Counted from the first letter of the stretch, positions 1 through 9,508 are shown. The stretch is DNA of 64,000 bases from Bacteroidaceae bacterium (GCA_017940185.1 JAGAZE010000036.1:11308-75307); one strand, 5' to 3'. Notes: a model not told the origin generated them from the letters alone. Made by a program: numbers and translations.

Positions 1-1
1 G

Positions 2-802
2 GGCTACGGGGTATTCCTCGTGCCTCCCCAGGAAGCCGAACATTGCGTGAGCGAAGCACTATCGGTAGGTTATCGACTCATCGACACGGCTCAGGCTTAT
101 GCCAACGAAGAAGGCGTGGGCGCCGCCATTGCCAAGTCGGGCATCAACCGCAGCGATATCTTCGTCGTCACCAAGGTGTGGATATCCAATGCCGGCGAGG
201 AAAAGGCAGCACGGAGCATTGACGAGAGCCTGCGCAAGCTGCAGACAGACTATATCGACCTGCTGCTCATACACCAAGCCTACGGCGATGTGTTCGGCAC
301 ATGGAGAGCCATGGAGCAGGCTTACCGTGCAGGTAAGGTGAGAGCAATCGGCGTGTCGAACTTCCAGGCAGCCCGCTTCTTCGACTTTGCCCATTATGTA
401 GACATCAAACCCATGGTCAACCAGTTGCAGTGCAACGCCATGATACAACAGACGGGCATCGAACCTCTGCTGAACGAGAGCGATACCAAGATAATGGCAT
501 GGGGACCGTTGGGCGGTCAGGGCGTCGACAGCATCCTGAAAAACGAGTTTCTAAGCAATATCGGAAACCGATATGGCAAGAGTGGCGGACAGGTAGCGCT
601 GCGATGGCTCACGCAAAGGGGCATAGTAGCTATACCCAAGTCGAGCCATAAAGAACGTATGCAGCAAAACTTCGATATCTTCGACTTCAGACTCAACGAC
701 GAAGAGATGAAAACAATTGCCACCATAAACCAACACGACACGGGTACCATCAACTTCCAAGACCCGCAATTTGTGAAATACCTTATCGAAACATACGGAT
801 AA
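2..802 (+). CDS. Aldo/keto reductase (2,5-diketo-D-gluconate reductase-like), 5' end outside window
   Basis: Motifs GYRLIDTAQAY, FVVTKVW, DLLLIH, AIGVSNF and IPKS; frame is open to the window edge (GYGVFLVP...). Confidence 0.92.
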   Translation, partial: GYGVFLVPPQEAEHCVSEALSVGYRLIDTAQAYANEEGVGAAIAKSGINRSDIFVVTKVWISNAGEEKAARSIDESLRKLQTDYIDLLLIHQAYGDVFGTWRAMEQAYRAGKVRAIGVSNFQAARFFDFAHYVDIKPMVNQLQCNAMIQQTGIEPLLNESDTKIMAWGPLGGQGVDSILKNEFLSNIGNRYGKSGGQVALRWLTQRGIVAIPKSSHKERMQQNFDIFDFRLNDEEMKTIATINQHDTGTINFQDPQFVKYLIETYG

Positions 803-838
803 ATCATCCATCATTTACCCTTTTCAACTTTTATCATC

Positions 839-1471
839 ATGAATCACATACGCCAATTTTTAGCCATCGCCCTCTGCCTGCTCGTCTCCACGGCATGCAG
901 CGGAAGCAAAAAAGACGACAACAAACAAACCGACACTGCTGGGGAGAACGTGAAATTCAACCCGAAGGACAAGGCGCTCGTCGTCTTCTTCTCGCACGCC
1001 GGCGACAACTATGCCGTGGGGAACATCGCCGTGGGCAATACCAAGATTGTGGCAGACTACATCAGCGACATCACCGGTGCCGACCAGTTTGAAATAAAGA
1101 CAAACAAATACGACGGCATGGCATACAGACCGTTGTGTGACCTTGCCAAACAAGAGCAGGAAGACAACGAACTGCCCGAGTTTGAAGGCAGCGTTGATGT
1201 GTCGCAGTACCAGACCATCTTCGTCGGAGGACCCGTTTGGTGGGGCACTTGGCCACAGGTAATGTTCTCCTTCTTCAAGAAATACGACCTCAACGGCAAA
1301 ACCCTCATCCCCTTCACTACCCACGAAGGAAGTGGACTGGGCGCCTGCGTCGACGACTTGAAGGACACCTATCCGCAAGCCAACGTCACCGGCCAATTCT
1401 CCATCTACGGACACGACGTGCGCACAGGAAAAGACAGGGTGGAAAAGTGGCTAAAGAAACTCGGATTCTGA
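839..1471 (+). CDS. Flavodoxin-like lipoprotein (flavodoxin_4 type)
   Basis: Lipobox STAC; VVFFSHAG..GNTKIVA, GGPVWWGT and PFTTHEGSG flavodoxin motifs. Confidence 0.88.
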   Translation: MNHIRQFLAIALCLLVSTACSGSKKDDNKQTDTAGENVKFNPKDKALVVFFSHAGDNYAVGNIAVGNTKIVADYISDITGADQFEIKTNKYDGMAYRPLCDLAKQEQEDNELPEFEGSVDVSQYQTIFVGGPVWWGTWPQVMFSFFKKYDLNGKTLIPFTTHEGSGLGACVDDLKDTYPQANVTGQFSIYGHDVRTGKDRVEKWLKKLGF

Positions 1472-1530
1472 CATCCTCGGACAACACTTCTTACGACCTG
1501 ATGGCATAAAGCCATTCCCACAGAGAACAC

Positions 1531-1566
1531 AAAAAGGCTCATACACACGGCGTGTATGGCCCTTTT
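1531..1566. terminator. Imperfect hairpin between convergent genes
   Basis: aaaagg-ctcatacac ... gtgtatg-gc-cctttt, flanked by A and T tracts. Confidence 0.5.
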
Positions 1567-1616
1567 GAACTGTATATGCCTTCATGGTGAGACGCTGTTC
1601 TCCTCGAAAGGGTTGT

Positions 1617-2156
1617 TCAGTATTGCTTGTGCGTTGTTTCGTCAGGGGTAATGGCGCCTTTCCCCATGAGTTCCACTGCCTGCTTGCCTGTTACATGCCC
1701 GATGTCGAGCCGCAGAACGTGCATGCGCGACAATCCTGATGCCAGCTCACGCTGCAGACTCGCCTCATGGCGGGGATGATATTTGTCACCGAGGGCACGT
1801 GCCGCCTTGAGGCGCTCGGCAGCGGCATCCACTATGTGCAGGGTGCCGAATACTATCACGCTGCGATAGTAGGTGGTGTAGCGCGAGGGCACTACCTCGT
1901 CGCGGTCGATTACGCAGAACGAGACCTTGTCGTGGGCACGCAGGGCATCGACTTTGTGTCCATGCAGGGCACTGTGGAAGTACAGGCATCCGCGGGTGTA
2001 GACAAAGCTCATGGGCACGGCGTAGGGATAGTCGTTGTCGCCGAGCAGGGCGAGTGTGCCAGACGTGGCACGGCGCAGTATGTCGTCGCATTGCTCTTGC
2101 GACAGCTGCTGCGCAAGGCGACGCATGGGACGGAAAGTAGGATGAGGCTGCTGCAT
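1617..2156 (-). CDS. nim: Nim-family 5-nitroimidazole reductase / pyridoxamine 5'-phosphate oxidase-like flavin-binding protein
   Basis: FRPMRR..Q, GTLALLGDNDYPYAVP, YFHSA..GHK, VSFCV, TTYYRSVIVFG and TGKQAVEL follow the NimA-type pattern. Confidence 0.8.
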   Translation of the reverse strand: MQQPHPTFRPMRRLAQQLSQEQCDDILRRATSGTLALLGDNDYPYAVPMSFVYTRGCLYFHSALHGHKVDALRAHDKVSFCVIDRDEVVPSRYTTYYRSVIVFGTLHIVDAAAERLKAARALGDKYHPRHEASLQRELASGLSRMHVLRLDIGHVTGKQAVELMGKGAITPDETTHKQY

Positions 2157-2174
2157 GGCTATGGTGTGTAGTGG

Positions 2175-2768
2175 TCAGTGCTTTGCTTTACCTATGAGCT
2201 GGAGCATGGCTTTGGCATCTTCGTCGCCCGCTGAGGCATCGGTGCGCAGCTTGCGCAGTATGTCATCGCCGCCTTTGGGATTGCGCACGGCACGTAACAA
2301 CCATTTCTTGGCCAACGATTTATCGGCATCGGTACCTTTGCCCTTGAAATAGCACTTTCCCAGCTGGTATTCGGCGTCGGCATACTCCTGGTTGGCAGCC
2401 AGCTGAAAGTAGTGGAAGGCTTTCTTCTTATCCTTCTGCACGCCTTTGCCGTCTTTGTAGCACTTTCCCATGCGGTATTGCGCCTTATGATAGTTCTGCT
2501 CGGCTGCCTTGCTGTAGTAGGCGAAGGCCATGCGCAGGTCTTTTTCCACGCCATTACCTTTGGTATAGCATCGTCCGAGACGGTAGAGAGCCTTCTTGTG
2601 CCCCTTGTCGGCAGCGGTTTTGAGCAGGGGAACAGCCTCGGAATATTGTCCGGCATCGTAGAGCTGCTTGCCCTGACGGTAGATTTTGTCGGCGCTCTGC
2701 GCATGAAGCGGCAGCGACAGGAGTGCCGTCATTGCTGCGATGAATAATGAAAAGAGTGTTTTGCTCAT
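2175..2768 (-). CDS. Exported Sel1-repeat (SLR/TPR) protein
   Basis: Signal peptide; three A-x-Y-x-(L/M)G-x-CY-x-x-G-x-G repeats. Confidence 0.9.
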   Translation of the reverse strand: MSKTLFSLFIAAMTALLSLPLHAQSADKIYRQGKQLYDAGQYSEAVPLLKTAADKGHKKALYRLGRCYTKGNGVEKDLRMAFAYYSKAAEQNYHKAQYRMGKCYKDGKGVQKDKKKAFHYFQLAANQEYADAEYQLGKCYFKGKGTDADKSLAKKWLLRAVRNPKGGDDILRKLRTDASAGDEDAKAMLQLIGKAKH

Positions 2769-2788
2769 GGTATGTTCGTTATGGGTTG

Positions 2789-3493
2789 CTATACTTTAGC
2801 GAAGCAGAGTGTGGCGACGCTGAATTGCGTGGCTCCTGCCCGCATGAGTGCTTTGGCAGCGGCGCAGATGGTGGCACCGGTGGTAATCACATCGTCGACG
2901 AGAAGTATGTGTTGCTTTGTGAGGTCGTCGTGCGTGTTGCTGCAAAAAGCATCTTCTACATTTTCGGCGCGCTCGGCATGTGATAGGTGCGTCTGACTTT
3001 TACTGAATGCCGTTCGCTCAATCCACGTGGGCTGGAGTGGCAGTTGTGTAACCTGCGCTATGCCTTCGGCGATGAGCAGGCTTTGGTTGTATCCGCGTGT
3101 ACGCTGTCGCTGCTGCGTGAGCGGTATGGGCACAATGGCCGTGACGGAGCTGAAGAAGCTGTTGTGCAGGAAAGTCTGCGCCATCAGTTGGCCCATGTAG
3201 CGCGCCAGTTCGGGCTGGTGATGATACTTTATGTCGTAGATGATGCGTGCGCTCTGTGCGTGCGGCATGTGCCGGTAGAGTGCAGCGGCGTTGTTGACGG
3301 GAATGCGCAGCCACAGCAGGCGCACCATCTCGTTGTCGTCGGGGGTTAGGTGATGGTTGGTGTAGGGCAGGTGGCGCTGGCAGGCTACGCAGATGAAGCG
3401 TTCTTGTTGTGCCAATCGTCGCCCGCAGCAGAAGCACGCCGATGGTGCAATGAGGTCGAGCAGACGATGGAAGAAACTGTAGCGACTACGCAT
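2789..3493 (-). CDS. comF: ComF family phosphoribosyltransferase (double Zn-ribbon)
   Basis: CFCC..CVAC Zn ribbon, RGYNQS, LLVDDVITTGAT; start reset to ATG 3493 because the longer ORF runs through the 72-bp repeat. Confidence 0.88.
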   Translation of the reverse strand: MRSRYSFFHRLLDLIAPSACFCCGRRLAQQERFICVACQRHLPYTNHHLTPDDNEMVRLLWLRIPVNNAAALYRHMPHAQSARIIYDIKYHHQPELARYMGQLMAQTFLHNSFFSSVTAIVPIPLTQQRQRTRGYNQSLLIAEGIAQVTQLPLQPTWIERTAFSKSQTHLSHAERAENVEDAFCSNTHDDLTKQHILLVDDVITTGATICAAAKALMRAGATQFSVATLCFAKV

Positions 3494-3521
3494 GGAGGAA
3501 AAGGGGAGAGGGGGCAGAGTT

Positions 3522-3671
3522 ATGGTTGAATGTCTTTCGACCATCTCTCGCCTCAGCAATCGGAGCGAGCTACATTGCCTTCGGCTTATCGAGATGGTTG
3601 AATGTCTTTCGACCATCTCTCGCCTCAACAATCAGAGCGAGCAACATTGCCTTCGGCTTATCGAGATGGTT
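3522..3671. repeat. 72-bp tandem structured repeat (2 copies + stub), REP/MITE-like
   Basis: Unit starts at 3522, 3594 and 3666 (atggttgaatgtctttcgaccatctctcgcctca...cttcggcttatcgag); internal inverted repeat gagatgg/ccatctc. Confidence 0.92.
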
Positions 3672-4152
3672 AATCGGTATTGGCTTCGCGAGGCAGGCAT
3701 TGGATAATGTCATCGTAGGCGTAGCCTTTGGATATGGCATAGCGTATAAGTTTCTGCTTGCACTGGTAGGCATCGGTGTCGTGCAGGGTTTGCAGTTTGC
3801 GCTGCAGCAGGCCACACAGCGTGTTGCGCATGTCGTCTTTGTCGTTGTCATCGAAGAGGTGTTGCACTTGCTGCGGGTGTATGCCTCGTCGCCGGAGTTC
3901 TTGCTGCAGCTTGTGAGGTCCCCAGTGGTTGAGGCTTGATTTTTCTTTGACGAACATTTCGGCAAAGCGTTGGTCGTCGATGAATCCTTTTTCTACGAGT
4001 TGCTGTATGATGCCGTCGTGTTCATCGGGTTCTAATCCCCATCTATAGAGCCGTTGACGGGCATCGTATTGGCATATTTCACGCTTTGCGCATATGGCGG
4101 CGAGTCGTTGCAGTGCTCGTTCGGGTGTCAGGGTTCGTGGTATTATGGCCAT
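3670..4152 (-). CDS. recX: Regulatory protein RecX
   Basis: CAKREIC, FIDDQRFAEMFV, WGPHKLQQEL..RGI, KLIRYAISKGY. Confidence 0.88.
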   Translation of the reverse strand: MAIIPRTLTPERALQRLAAICAKREICQYDARQRLYRWGLEPDEHDGIIQQLVEKGFIDDQRFAEMFVKEKSSLNHWGPHKLQQELRRRGIHPQQVQHLFDDNDKDDMRNTLCGLLQRKLQTLHDTDAYQCKQKLIRYAISKGYAYDDIIQCLPREANTD

Positions 4153-4169
4153 GAATGCGGGAAAGTTTG

Positions 4170-4177
4170 TATCTTTG
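4170..4177 (+). promoter_or_regulatory. Bacteroidetes -7 promoter element upstream of GT11
   Basis: TATCTTTG matches TAnnTTTG. Confidence 0.6.
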
Positions 4178-4233
4178 CGAAATGAGAGGACGAGGGAAAG
4201 TCCGGGGAGAATGAAAAATACTGTTAGCTAATT

Positions 4234-5160
4234 ATGATAGGTTGTTATTTTTCCGGTCGTTTGGGCAATCAGCTGTTCCGCTATGCTTTTGTTCGCCGGT
4301 TGTGGGCGGAGCGTGGTGGTCGCGATGCGCTGTTGTTCAACTTTCGCCGCGTTGAGAGTGGTGTGGGCGAGGGCTTTGTTGACAGTTTGCGGCATTTCCG
4401 TGTGTTGCCTTATGTGCGTGACGATAGGAGTTTGGTGTTGCGTCACGGCACTGTGCATCAGCGCTGTATCTACGGTGCCTATCGTTTTTCCGAGGCGGCA
4501 TGTCGTCGTCTGTCGCGTCGTTGCGATGTGTCGGGTGCGTATCGCGAGCGCCTTCTTCGTGCCGGTATTGTGGTGTTGGGCAGTGGCGATGGCGACAGGA
4601 GAGTGGCTGTGCCGCCATTGGAACGAGTGTTTGTGAACGGCTTTTTTGAAAACCGCATGTATTTCGACGCTATCCGCCCTATATTATTAAGGGAGTTGGT
4701 TCCCTGCGAGCCTCCTTTGGCCGGCAATGCCAGATTGTATGCGCGTATGGCGGAGTGCGAGTCGGTGTGTGTGAGTGTGCGGCGTGGCGACTATCTGTCG
4801 TCAACTTATCGCGATGGTTTCTATGTGTGCGATGCGGATTACTTTGTTCGCGCCATGGCAGCCATCCGTAAGCGCGTGCCGAATCCGCAGTTTGTGTTTT
4901 TCTCTGACGACATTGATTGGGTTCGCCAACAGTCGTGGGTGCCTTCGGGAAGCTTGTTTGAGCATGGCGACGATCCTGTGTGGGAGAAGTTGCGCCTAAT
5001 GTCGTCGTGCAAGCATTTCATCATCAGCAATTCATCGTTCAGCTGGTGGGCACAGTATCTGGGTCAGTACGCTGGTAAGGTTGTGGTGTCGCCTCGGCAT
5101 TGGTTTAATCGTAAAGACTGGGTGTCGCATTTGGTTGAGGATGACTTTGTGAAGTGTTGA
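4234..5160 (+). CDS. Alpha-1,2-fucosyltransferase, GT11 family
   Basis: GRLGNQLFRYA, SVRRGDY, FFSDDIDW and HFIISNSSFSWW motifs. Confidence 0.9.
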   Translation: MIGCYFSGRLGNQLFRYAFVRRLWAERGGRDALLFNFRRVESGVGEGFVDSLRHFRVLPYVRDDRSLVLRHGTVHQRCIYGAYRFSEAACRRLSRRCDVSGAYRERLLRAGIVVLGSGDGDRRVAVPPLERVFVNGFFENRMYFDAIRPILLRELVPCEPPLAGNARLYARMAECESVCVSVRRGDYLSSTYRDGFYVCDADYFVRAMAAIRKRVPNPQFVFFSDDIDWVRQQSWVPSGSLFEHGDDPVWEKLRLMSSCKHFIISNSSFSWWAQYLGQYAGKVVVSPRHWFNRKDWVSHLVEDDFVKC

Positions 5161-5180
5161 ATAAGAAGCGAGGGGGAGAA

Positions 5181-5224
5181 AGAAAAGACAAGTTTTCCGA
5201 TGCGGGGAAAAACTTGTCTTTTCT
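5181..5224. terminator. Bidirectional rho-independent terminator
   Basis: agaaaagacaagtttt / aaaacttgtcttttct inverted repeat between convergent genes. Confidence 0.8.
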
Positions 5225-5233
5225 GATATTGAG

Positions 5234-6937
5234 TTAATGGAAGTTGTTGAGGTCTTCCGGTGTGAAGTGGTGTATGTATACATATTTTCCCATGACGTTT
5301 TCTTCCGCCATTCTGACGTAGACGTTTGCACTCTTGCTGAAGAGTTCGGGTGCTCGTGTGGCGTCATCGAGGATGAGGAGCGACATCATTATCTCTGCCG
5401 TCATGTCGTAGAGTCGGCGCGCGAGGAAATCCTGCACAGCCTGGTTGTCGTGTTGCTTGACGCAGTCGATAGATGCTTCGTACATCTTCACCATGCCTTC
5501 TACGCGCTGCTTAAGGGGCTTCATCTCTTCGCTCACTTCGCTCTGCAGCATTTCCTTCATCAGATTGAGGTAGGTTCCGTTGGTGATGTAGCGTATGGCA
5601 GCAACCACCTGAAGCTGTGTCGTTCCCTCATAGATGGAGAATATGCGTGCGTCGCGGTAGAGTCGCTGGCACTTATATTCCATGATGAATCCCGAGCCGC
5701 CATGTATCTGTATGGCGTCGTAGGCGTTCTGGTTGGCATATTCGGAATTCATTCCCTTGGCGAGGGGGGTGAAAGCGTCGGCCAAACGAGAGTAGAGTTT
5801 CTGCTCCTGTCGTTCTTCGGGAGTGAGTTTGCGCTCGCGGCTGATGTCTTCGAGCGTCTTGTAGATGTCGACATAGCGTGCTGTCTGGTAGAGGATGCTT
5901 CGTCCGGCATCGAGTTTCGCCTTCATGCGACTGAGCATGTCGTAGACAGCGGGGAAGTCGATGATAGCTGTGTCGAACTGGCGGCGCTCCTTGGCGTAGG
6001 CGAGTGCTTCGTTGTAGGCAGCCTGGGAGAGACCTGTCGACTGTGCAGCTATACCAAGACGTGCTCCGTTCATGAGTGCCATAACATACTTGATGAGTCC
6101 GAGTCGTGTGGAGCCGCACAACTCTGCCTTTGCGTTCTTATAGGTAAGTTCGCATGTAGGCGAACCATGTATTCCGAGCTTGTGTTCGATATGCCGCACG
6201 TCGACGCCGCCGTCGCGCTTGTCGTAAATGAACATAGAGAGTCCGCGTCCGTCGCGTGTACCTTCCTCAGAGCGTGCGAGTACGAGGTGAATGTCGGAGT
6301 CGCCGTTGGTGATGAAGCGCTTCACACCATTGAGACGCCAGCAGTTGTTCTCCTCGTCGAACGTGGCCTTGAGCATCACGCGCTGGAGGTCGGAGCCGGC
6401 GTCGGGTTCGGTGAGGTCCATCGACATGGTTTCACCTGCGCAGACACGCGGAATGTACTTCTGTCGCTGCTCTTCGCTGCCGAACTCATAGAGCGTCTCT
6501 ATACAGTCTTGCAGCGACCAGATGTTCTGGAAGCCGGCATCGGCGGTGGAGACAATCTCCGAAGCCATGGAGTACGGTGTGATGGGCATGTTGAGTCCGC
6601 CATATCGTCGCGGCATGCTGATGCCCCACAGTCCTGCCTTGCGTGTGGCATCGATATTCTCGAAGGTCTTCGAAGCGTAAATCATGCGTCCGTTTTCGAG
6701 GTGCGGTCCCTCCAGGTCTACGTCTTCGGAATTGGGCTCAATAATGTTGGCTGCGATGTCGCCCGTGATTTCGAGCAGCTGCTTATAGTTTTCGATGGCG
6801 TCGTTGTAGTCGACAGGCGCATCTTCGTAGTTGTCTTTATCGGCAAAGTTGCGTTCTTTCAACTCTACGATGCGCTTCATCAGGGGATGATGAAGGTGGA
6901 ATTCCAATTCGGGATGGTCGCTGAAATAGTTTGCCAT
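5234..6937 (-). CDS. Acyl-CoA dehydrogenase (ETF-linked)
   Basis: MDLTEPDAGSD, GVKRFITNG, KLGIHGSPT, QIHGGSG, IYEGTTQLQ. Confidence 0.95.
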   Translation of the reverse strand: MANYFSDHPELEFHLHHPLMKRIVELKERNFADKDNYEDAPVDYNDAIENYKQLLEITGDIAANIIEPNSEDVDLEGPHLENGRMIYASKTFENIDATRKAGLWGISMPRRYGGLNMPITPYSMASEIVSTADAGFQNIWSLQDCIETLYEFGSEEQRQKYIPRVCAGETMSMDLTEPDAGSDLQRVMLKATFDEENNCWRLNGVKRFITNGDSDIHLVLARSEEGTRDGRGLSMFIYDKRDGGVDVRHIEHKLGIHGSPTCELTYKNAKAELCGSTRLGLIKYVMALMNGARLGIAAQSTGLSQAAYNEALAYAKERRQFDTAIIDFPAVYDMLSRMKAKLDAGRSILYQTARYVDIYKTLEDISRERKLTPEERQEQKLYSRLADAFTPLAKGMNSEYANQNAYDAIQIHGGSGFIMEYKCQRLYRDARIFSIYEGTTQLQVVAAIRYITNGTYLNLMKEMLQSEVSEEMKPLKQRVEGMVKMYEASIDCVKQHDNQAVQDFLARRLYDMTAEIMMSLLILDDATRAPELFSKSANVYVRMAEENVMGKYVYIHHFTPEDLNNFH

Positions 6938-6945
6938 ATCGGTAA

Positions 6946-7968
6946 TTATTTTGAGTTCTGCTTATAATACTTAATCAGTTTCGGAACAGTTTCTTCCACT
7001 GTGCCCACGATGACATAGTCGGCAATCTTGTTGATGGGTGCATCGGGGTCGGAGTTGATGCTGATGATGATGCCGGCGTCTTGCATTCCAGCGATGTGCT
7101 GTATCTGTCCGCTGATGCCGCATGCGATATATACTTTCGGATGAACGGTGACACCCGTCTGACCAATCTGTCGGTCGTGGTCTATCCATCCGGCATCGAC
7201 GGCAGCACGCGAGCCACCCACTTCGCCGTGGAGCACTTTGGCGAGTTCAAACAACTGGTCGAAACCTTCCTTGGAACCTACGCCGTATCCTCCGGCTACG
7301 ACGATGGGCGCACCTTTCAGATTGTGCTTGGCCGCCTCGACGCGGTGTTCAAGCACTTTCACCACGAATGCCTCGGGGCTTACATACTTGGCCACTTCAG
7401 GATAGACAACTTCGTTTTTAGCCTTTCCTTCGTAGACAGCTTTCTGCATCACTCCGCTGCGCACAGTCGCCATCTGGGGGCGGTGGTCGGGATTGACGAT
7501 GGTGGCAACGATGTTTCCACCGAATGCAGGACGAATCTGATAGAGCAGATTTTCGTAAATCTTACCCGCTTTCTTGTCCTCATATGGACCGATTTCCAGT
7601 TCCGTACAGTCGGCAGTGAGTCCGCTGGTGAGCGAGGAGCTGACGCGTGGTCCGAGGTCGCGTCCGATGACGGTGGCTCCCATGAGGCATATCTGCGGTT
7701 GTTCTTCCTTGAAGAGGTTGACGATGATGTCGGTATGTGGTGCGCTGGTATAGGGGAAGAGTCCTTCTCCGTCGAAGACGAAGAGTTTGTCGACGCCGTA
7801 GGGGAGTATTTGTTGTTCCACCTTTCCCTTAATGTCCGTGCCAATTACCACGGCATGTAGTTCTACACCGAGCTGATTGGCGAGTTTGCGTCCTTTGGTG
7901 AGCAATTCCTGCGACACTTCCTGTACGAGGGTGCCTTCTATTTCGCAATATACAAAAACGTTGTTCAT
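6946..7968 (-). CDS. etfA: Electron transfer flavoprotein alpha subunit
   Basis: GLTADCT, QIRPAFGGN, QIGQTG, YIACGISGQIQH; start reset to MNNVFVYCE, just after the etfB stop. Confidence 0.95.
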   Translation of the reverse strand: MNNVFVYCEIEGTLVQEVSQELLTKGRKLANQLGVELHAVVIGTDIKGKVEQQILPYGVDKLFVFDGEGLFPYTSAPHTDIIVNLFKEEQPQICLMGATVIGRDLGPRVSSSLTSGLTADCTELEIGPYEDKKAGKIYENLLYQIRPAFGGNIVATIVNPDHRPQMATVRSGVMQKAVYEGKAKNEVVYPEVAKYVSPEAFVVKVLEHRVEAAKHNLKGAPIVVAGGYGVGSKEGFDQLFELAKVLHGEVGGSRAAVDAGWIDHDRQIGQTGVTVHPKVYIACGISGQIQHIAGMQDAGIIISINSDPDAPINKIADYVIVGTVEETVPKLIKYYKQNSK

Positions 7969-7970
7969 GC

Positions 7971-8843
7971 CTATCCGATGATTTTTTCGTCCAACAATTC
8001 TTTGATCATTCCATCGATGTCTGCGTCGGCAGCCGTCAAAGTTTTCGACTCCTTCGCTTGGAAGGCGATGTTTTTCACCGCCTTGACCTTTGTGGGCGAG
8101 CCTGGCAGTCCGCACTGTTGCGGGTCGCCATCTACATCGGCCACGCTCCATTGGTTGAGTGTGAGGTATGGACGCTCTTCGTAGAGGTATGCGTAGCCAT
8201 CGTCTTCGGCGGGTCGCTCCATGGGGCATGTGGCGCGCTTGTATTTCATGACGAGTTTGGCGTTGCATGGGCGGCAGGGGGCAGCACTTCCATTAACGGT
8301 GATAACTACGGGCAGTGGCACTTCAACGAGTTCCACTCCTCCGTCGATGACACGTCGCACGAGGGCCTTACCATTTTCCACCTTCACTATCTCTTCGGCG
8401 TAGGTCACTTGGTTGAGTCCCAGTTTTTGCGCCACCTGCGGTCCCACCTGTGCGGTATCTCCGTCGATGGCCTGTCGTCCGCCGATAACTAGGTCGACAT
8501 CGCCAATCTTCTTTATTGCTGTGGCGAGTGCGTAGGAGGTAGCAAGCGTATCGGCACCGGCAAAGAGTCGGTCGGTGAGCAACCATCCGGTATCGGCACC
8601 GCGGTAGAGTCCTTGACGGATGATTTCTCCGGCTCGCGGCGGTCCCATGGTGAGCAGTCCTACGGTGGATCCGGGATGCTGCTCTTTGATTCGGAGTGCC
8701 TGCTCGAGAGCGTTAAGGTCTTCGGGGTTGAAGATGGCGGGCAGGGCTGCACGGTTGACGGTGCCTTCGGCTGTCATGGCATCCTTGCCCACATTGCGGG
8801 TATCGGGTACTTGCTTGGCAAGCACTACAATTTTTAAGCTCAT
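7971..8843 (-). CDS. etfB: Electron transfer flavoprotein beta subunit
   Basis: KQVPDT, FAGADTLATS, GRQAIDGDTAQVG, GLPGSPT. Confidence 0.95.
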   Translation of the reverse strand: MSLKIVVLAKQVPDTRNVGKDAMTAEGTVNRAALPAIFNPEDLNALEQALRIKEQHPGSTVGLLTMGPPRAGEIIRQGLYRGADTGWLLTDRLFAGADTLATSYALATAIKKIGDVDLVIGGRQAIDGDTAQVGPQVAQKLGLNQVTYAEEIVKVENGKALVRRVIDGGVELVEVPLPVVITVNGSAAPCRPCNAKLVMKYKRATCPMERPAEDDGYAYLYEERPYLTLNQWSVADVDGDPQQCGLPGSPTKVKAVKNIAFQAKESKTLTAADADIDGMIKELLDEKIIG

Positions 8844-8893
8844 AGTCTATTGTTGTGTTGTGTTGTTGTTTGCATTGATTTTGAAAAGCGCCG

Positions 8894-8901
8894 CAAAGGT
8901 A
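8894..8901 (-). promoter_or_regulatory. -7 promoter element for etfB-etfA-acd
   Basis: TACCTTTG on the minus strand, ~50 nt upstream of etfB. Confidence 0.65.
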
Positions 8902-8955
8902 GTCAAACAATTGCACGTAGGCAAGTTGAGCGGCAAAAAGGTGATGATTTGCGGA

Positions 8956-9489
8956 TTATGCGTGCATGAAGAAGGGTTTGGCATATTCCCATATCACGAT
9001 GCCTGCCGTGATGGCCACATTGAGCGAATGCTTGGTGCCGTATTGCGGAATCTCTATGCATGCATCGCACTGGTCGACGATGTGTTGCTGCACTCCTTTC
9101 ACCTCATTGCCCAGCACCACAGCGGTGGGTTGTGATTGTTGTGGCATGGTGAGGAGGTTGTCGGCTCCTTCGGCTTGCTCTATGGCACAGACGCGGTATC
9201 CTCTCTGTTGAAGTTGTGCCACGGCGTCTTCTGTTTTTTCGAAGTGTTGCCACGTAACGCTGTCTTCGGCCCCAAGTGCAGTCTTGTGTACTTCGGGATG
9301 TGGCGGTGTGGCGGTGATGCCACAAAGGTAGAGTGCCTCAATACGGAAGGCGTCGCATGTGCGGAAGATTGACCCTACGTTGTAGAGCGAGCGCACATTG
9401 TCGAGAACGACGACGAGGGGCAACTTGTCGGCTTGTCGGAACTGCTCTATAGTGAGGCGTTGCATCTCTATGGTGCGTAGTTTGCGCAT
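8956..9489 (-). CDS. SpoU/TrmH family RNA 2'-O-methyltransferase
   Basis: LDNVRSLYNVGSIFRT, VLGNEVKGV, IPQYGTKHSLNV. Confidence 0.92.
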   Translation of the reverse strand: MRKLRTIEMQRLTIEQFRQADKLPLVVVLDNVRSLYNVGSIFRTCDAFRIEALYLCGITATPPHPEVHKTALGAEDSVTWQHFEKTEDAVAQLQQRGYRVCAIEQAEGADNLLTMPQQSQPTAVVLGNEVKGVQQHIVDQCDACIEIPQYGTKHSLNVAITAGIVIWEYAKPFFMHA

Positions 9490-9508
9490 GGCGGTGTGGG
9501 TTGTGCTT

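Noticed and set aside
3494-3631. N-terminal extension of ComF with a repeated peptide
   Set aside because: Derived from the 72-bp DNA repeat; ComF homology begins at ATG 3493
3522-3671. Mini-CRISPR or tRNA
   Set aside because: Whole units are repeated with no variable spacer; no cloverleaf or T-loop
5237-6967. Long antisense ORFs (also 37543-38934, 52560-54080, 48177-49481, 45011-46063, 61154-62227)
   Set aside because: Shadow frames opposite well-supported genes, expected from codon bias; no recognisable motifs
5234-8843. Butyrate pathway (Bcd-EtfAB) cluster
   Set aside because: No thiolase, crotonase or hbd nearby; the substrate cannot be assigned from sequence
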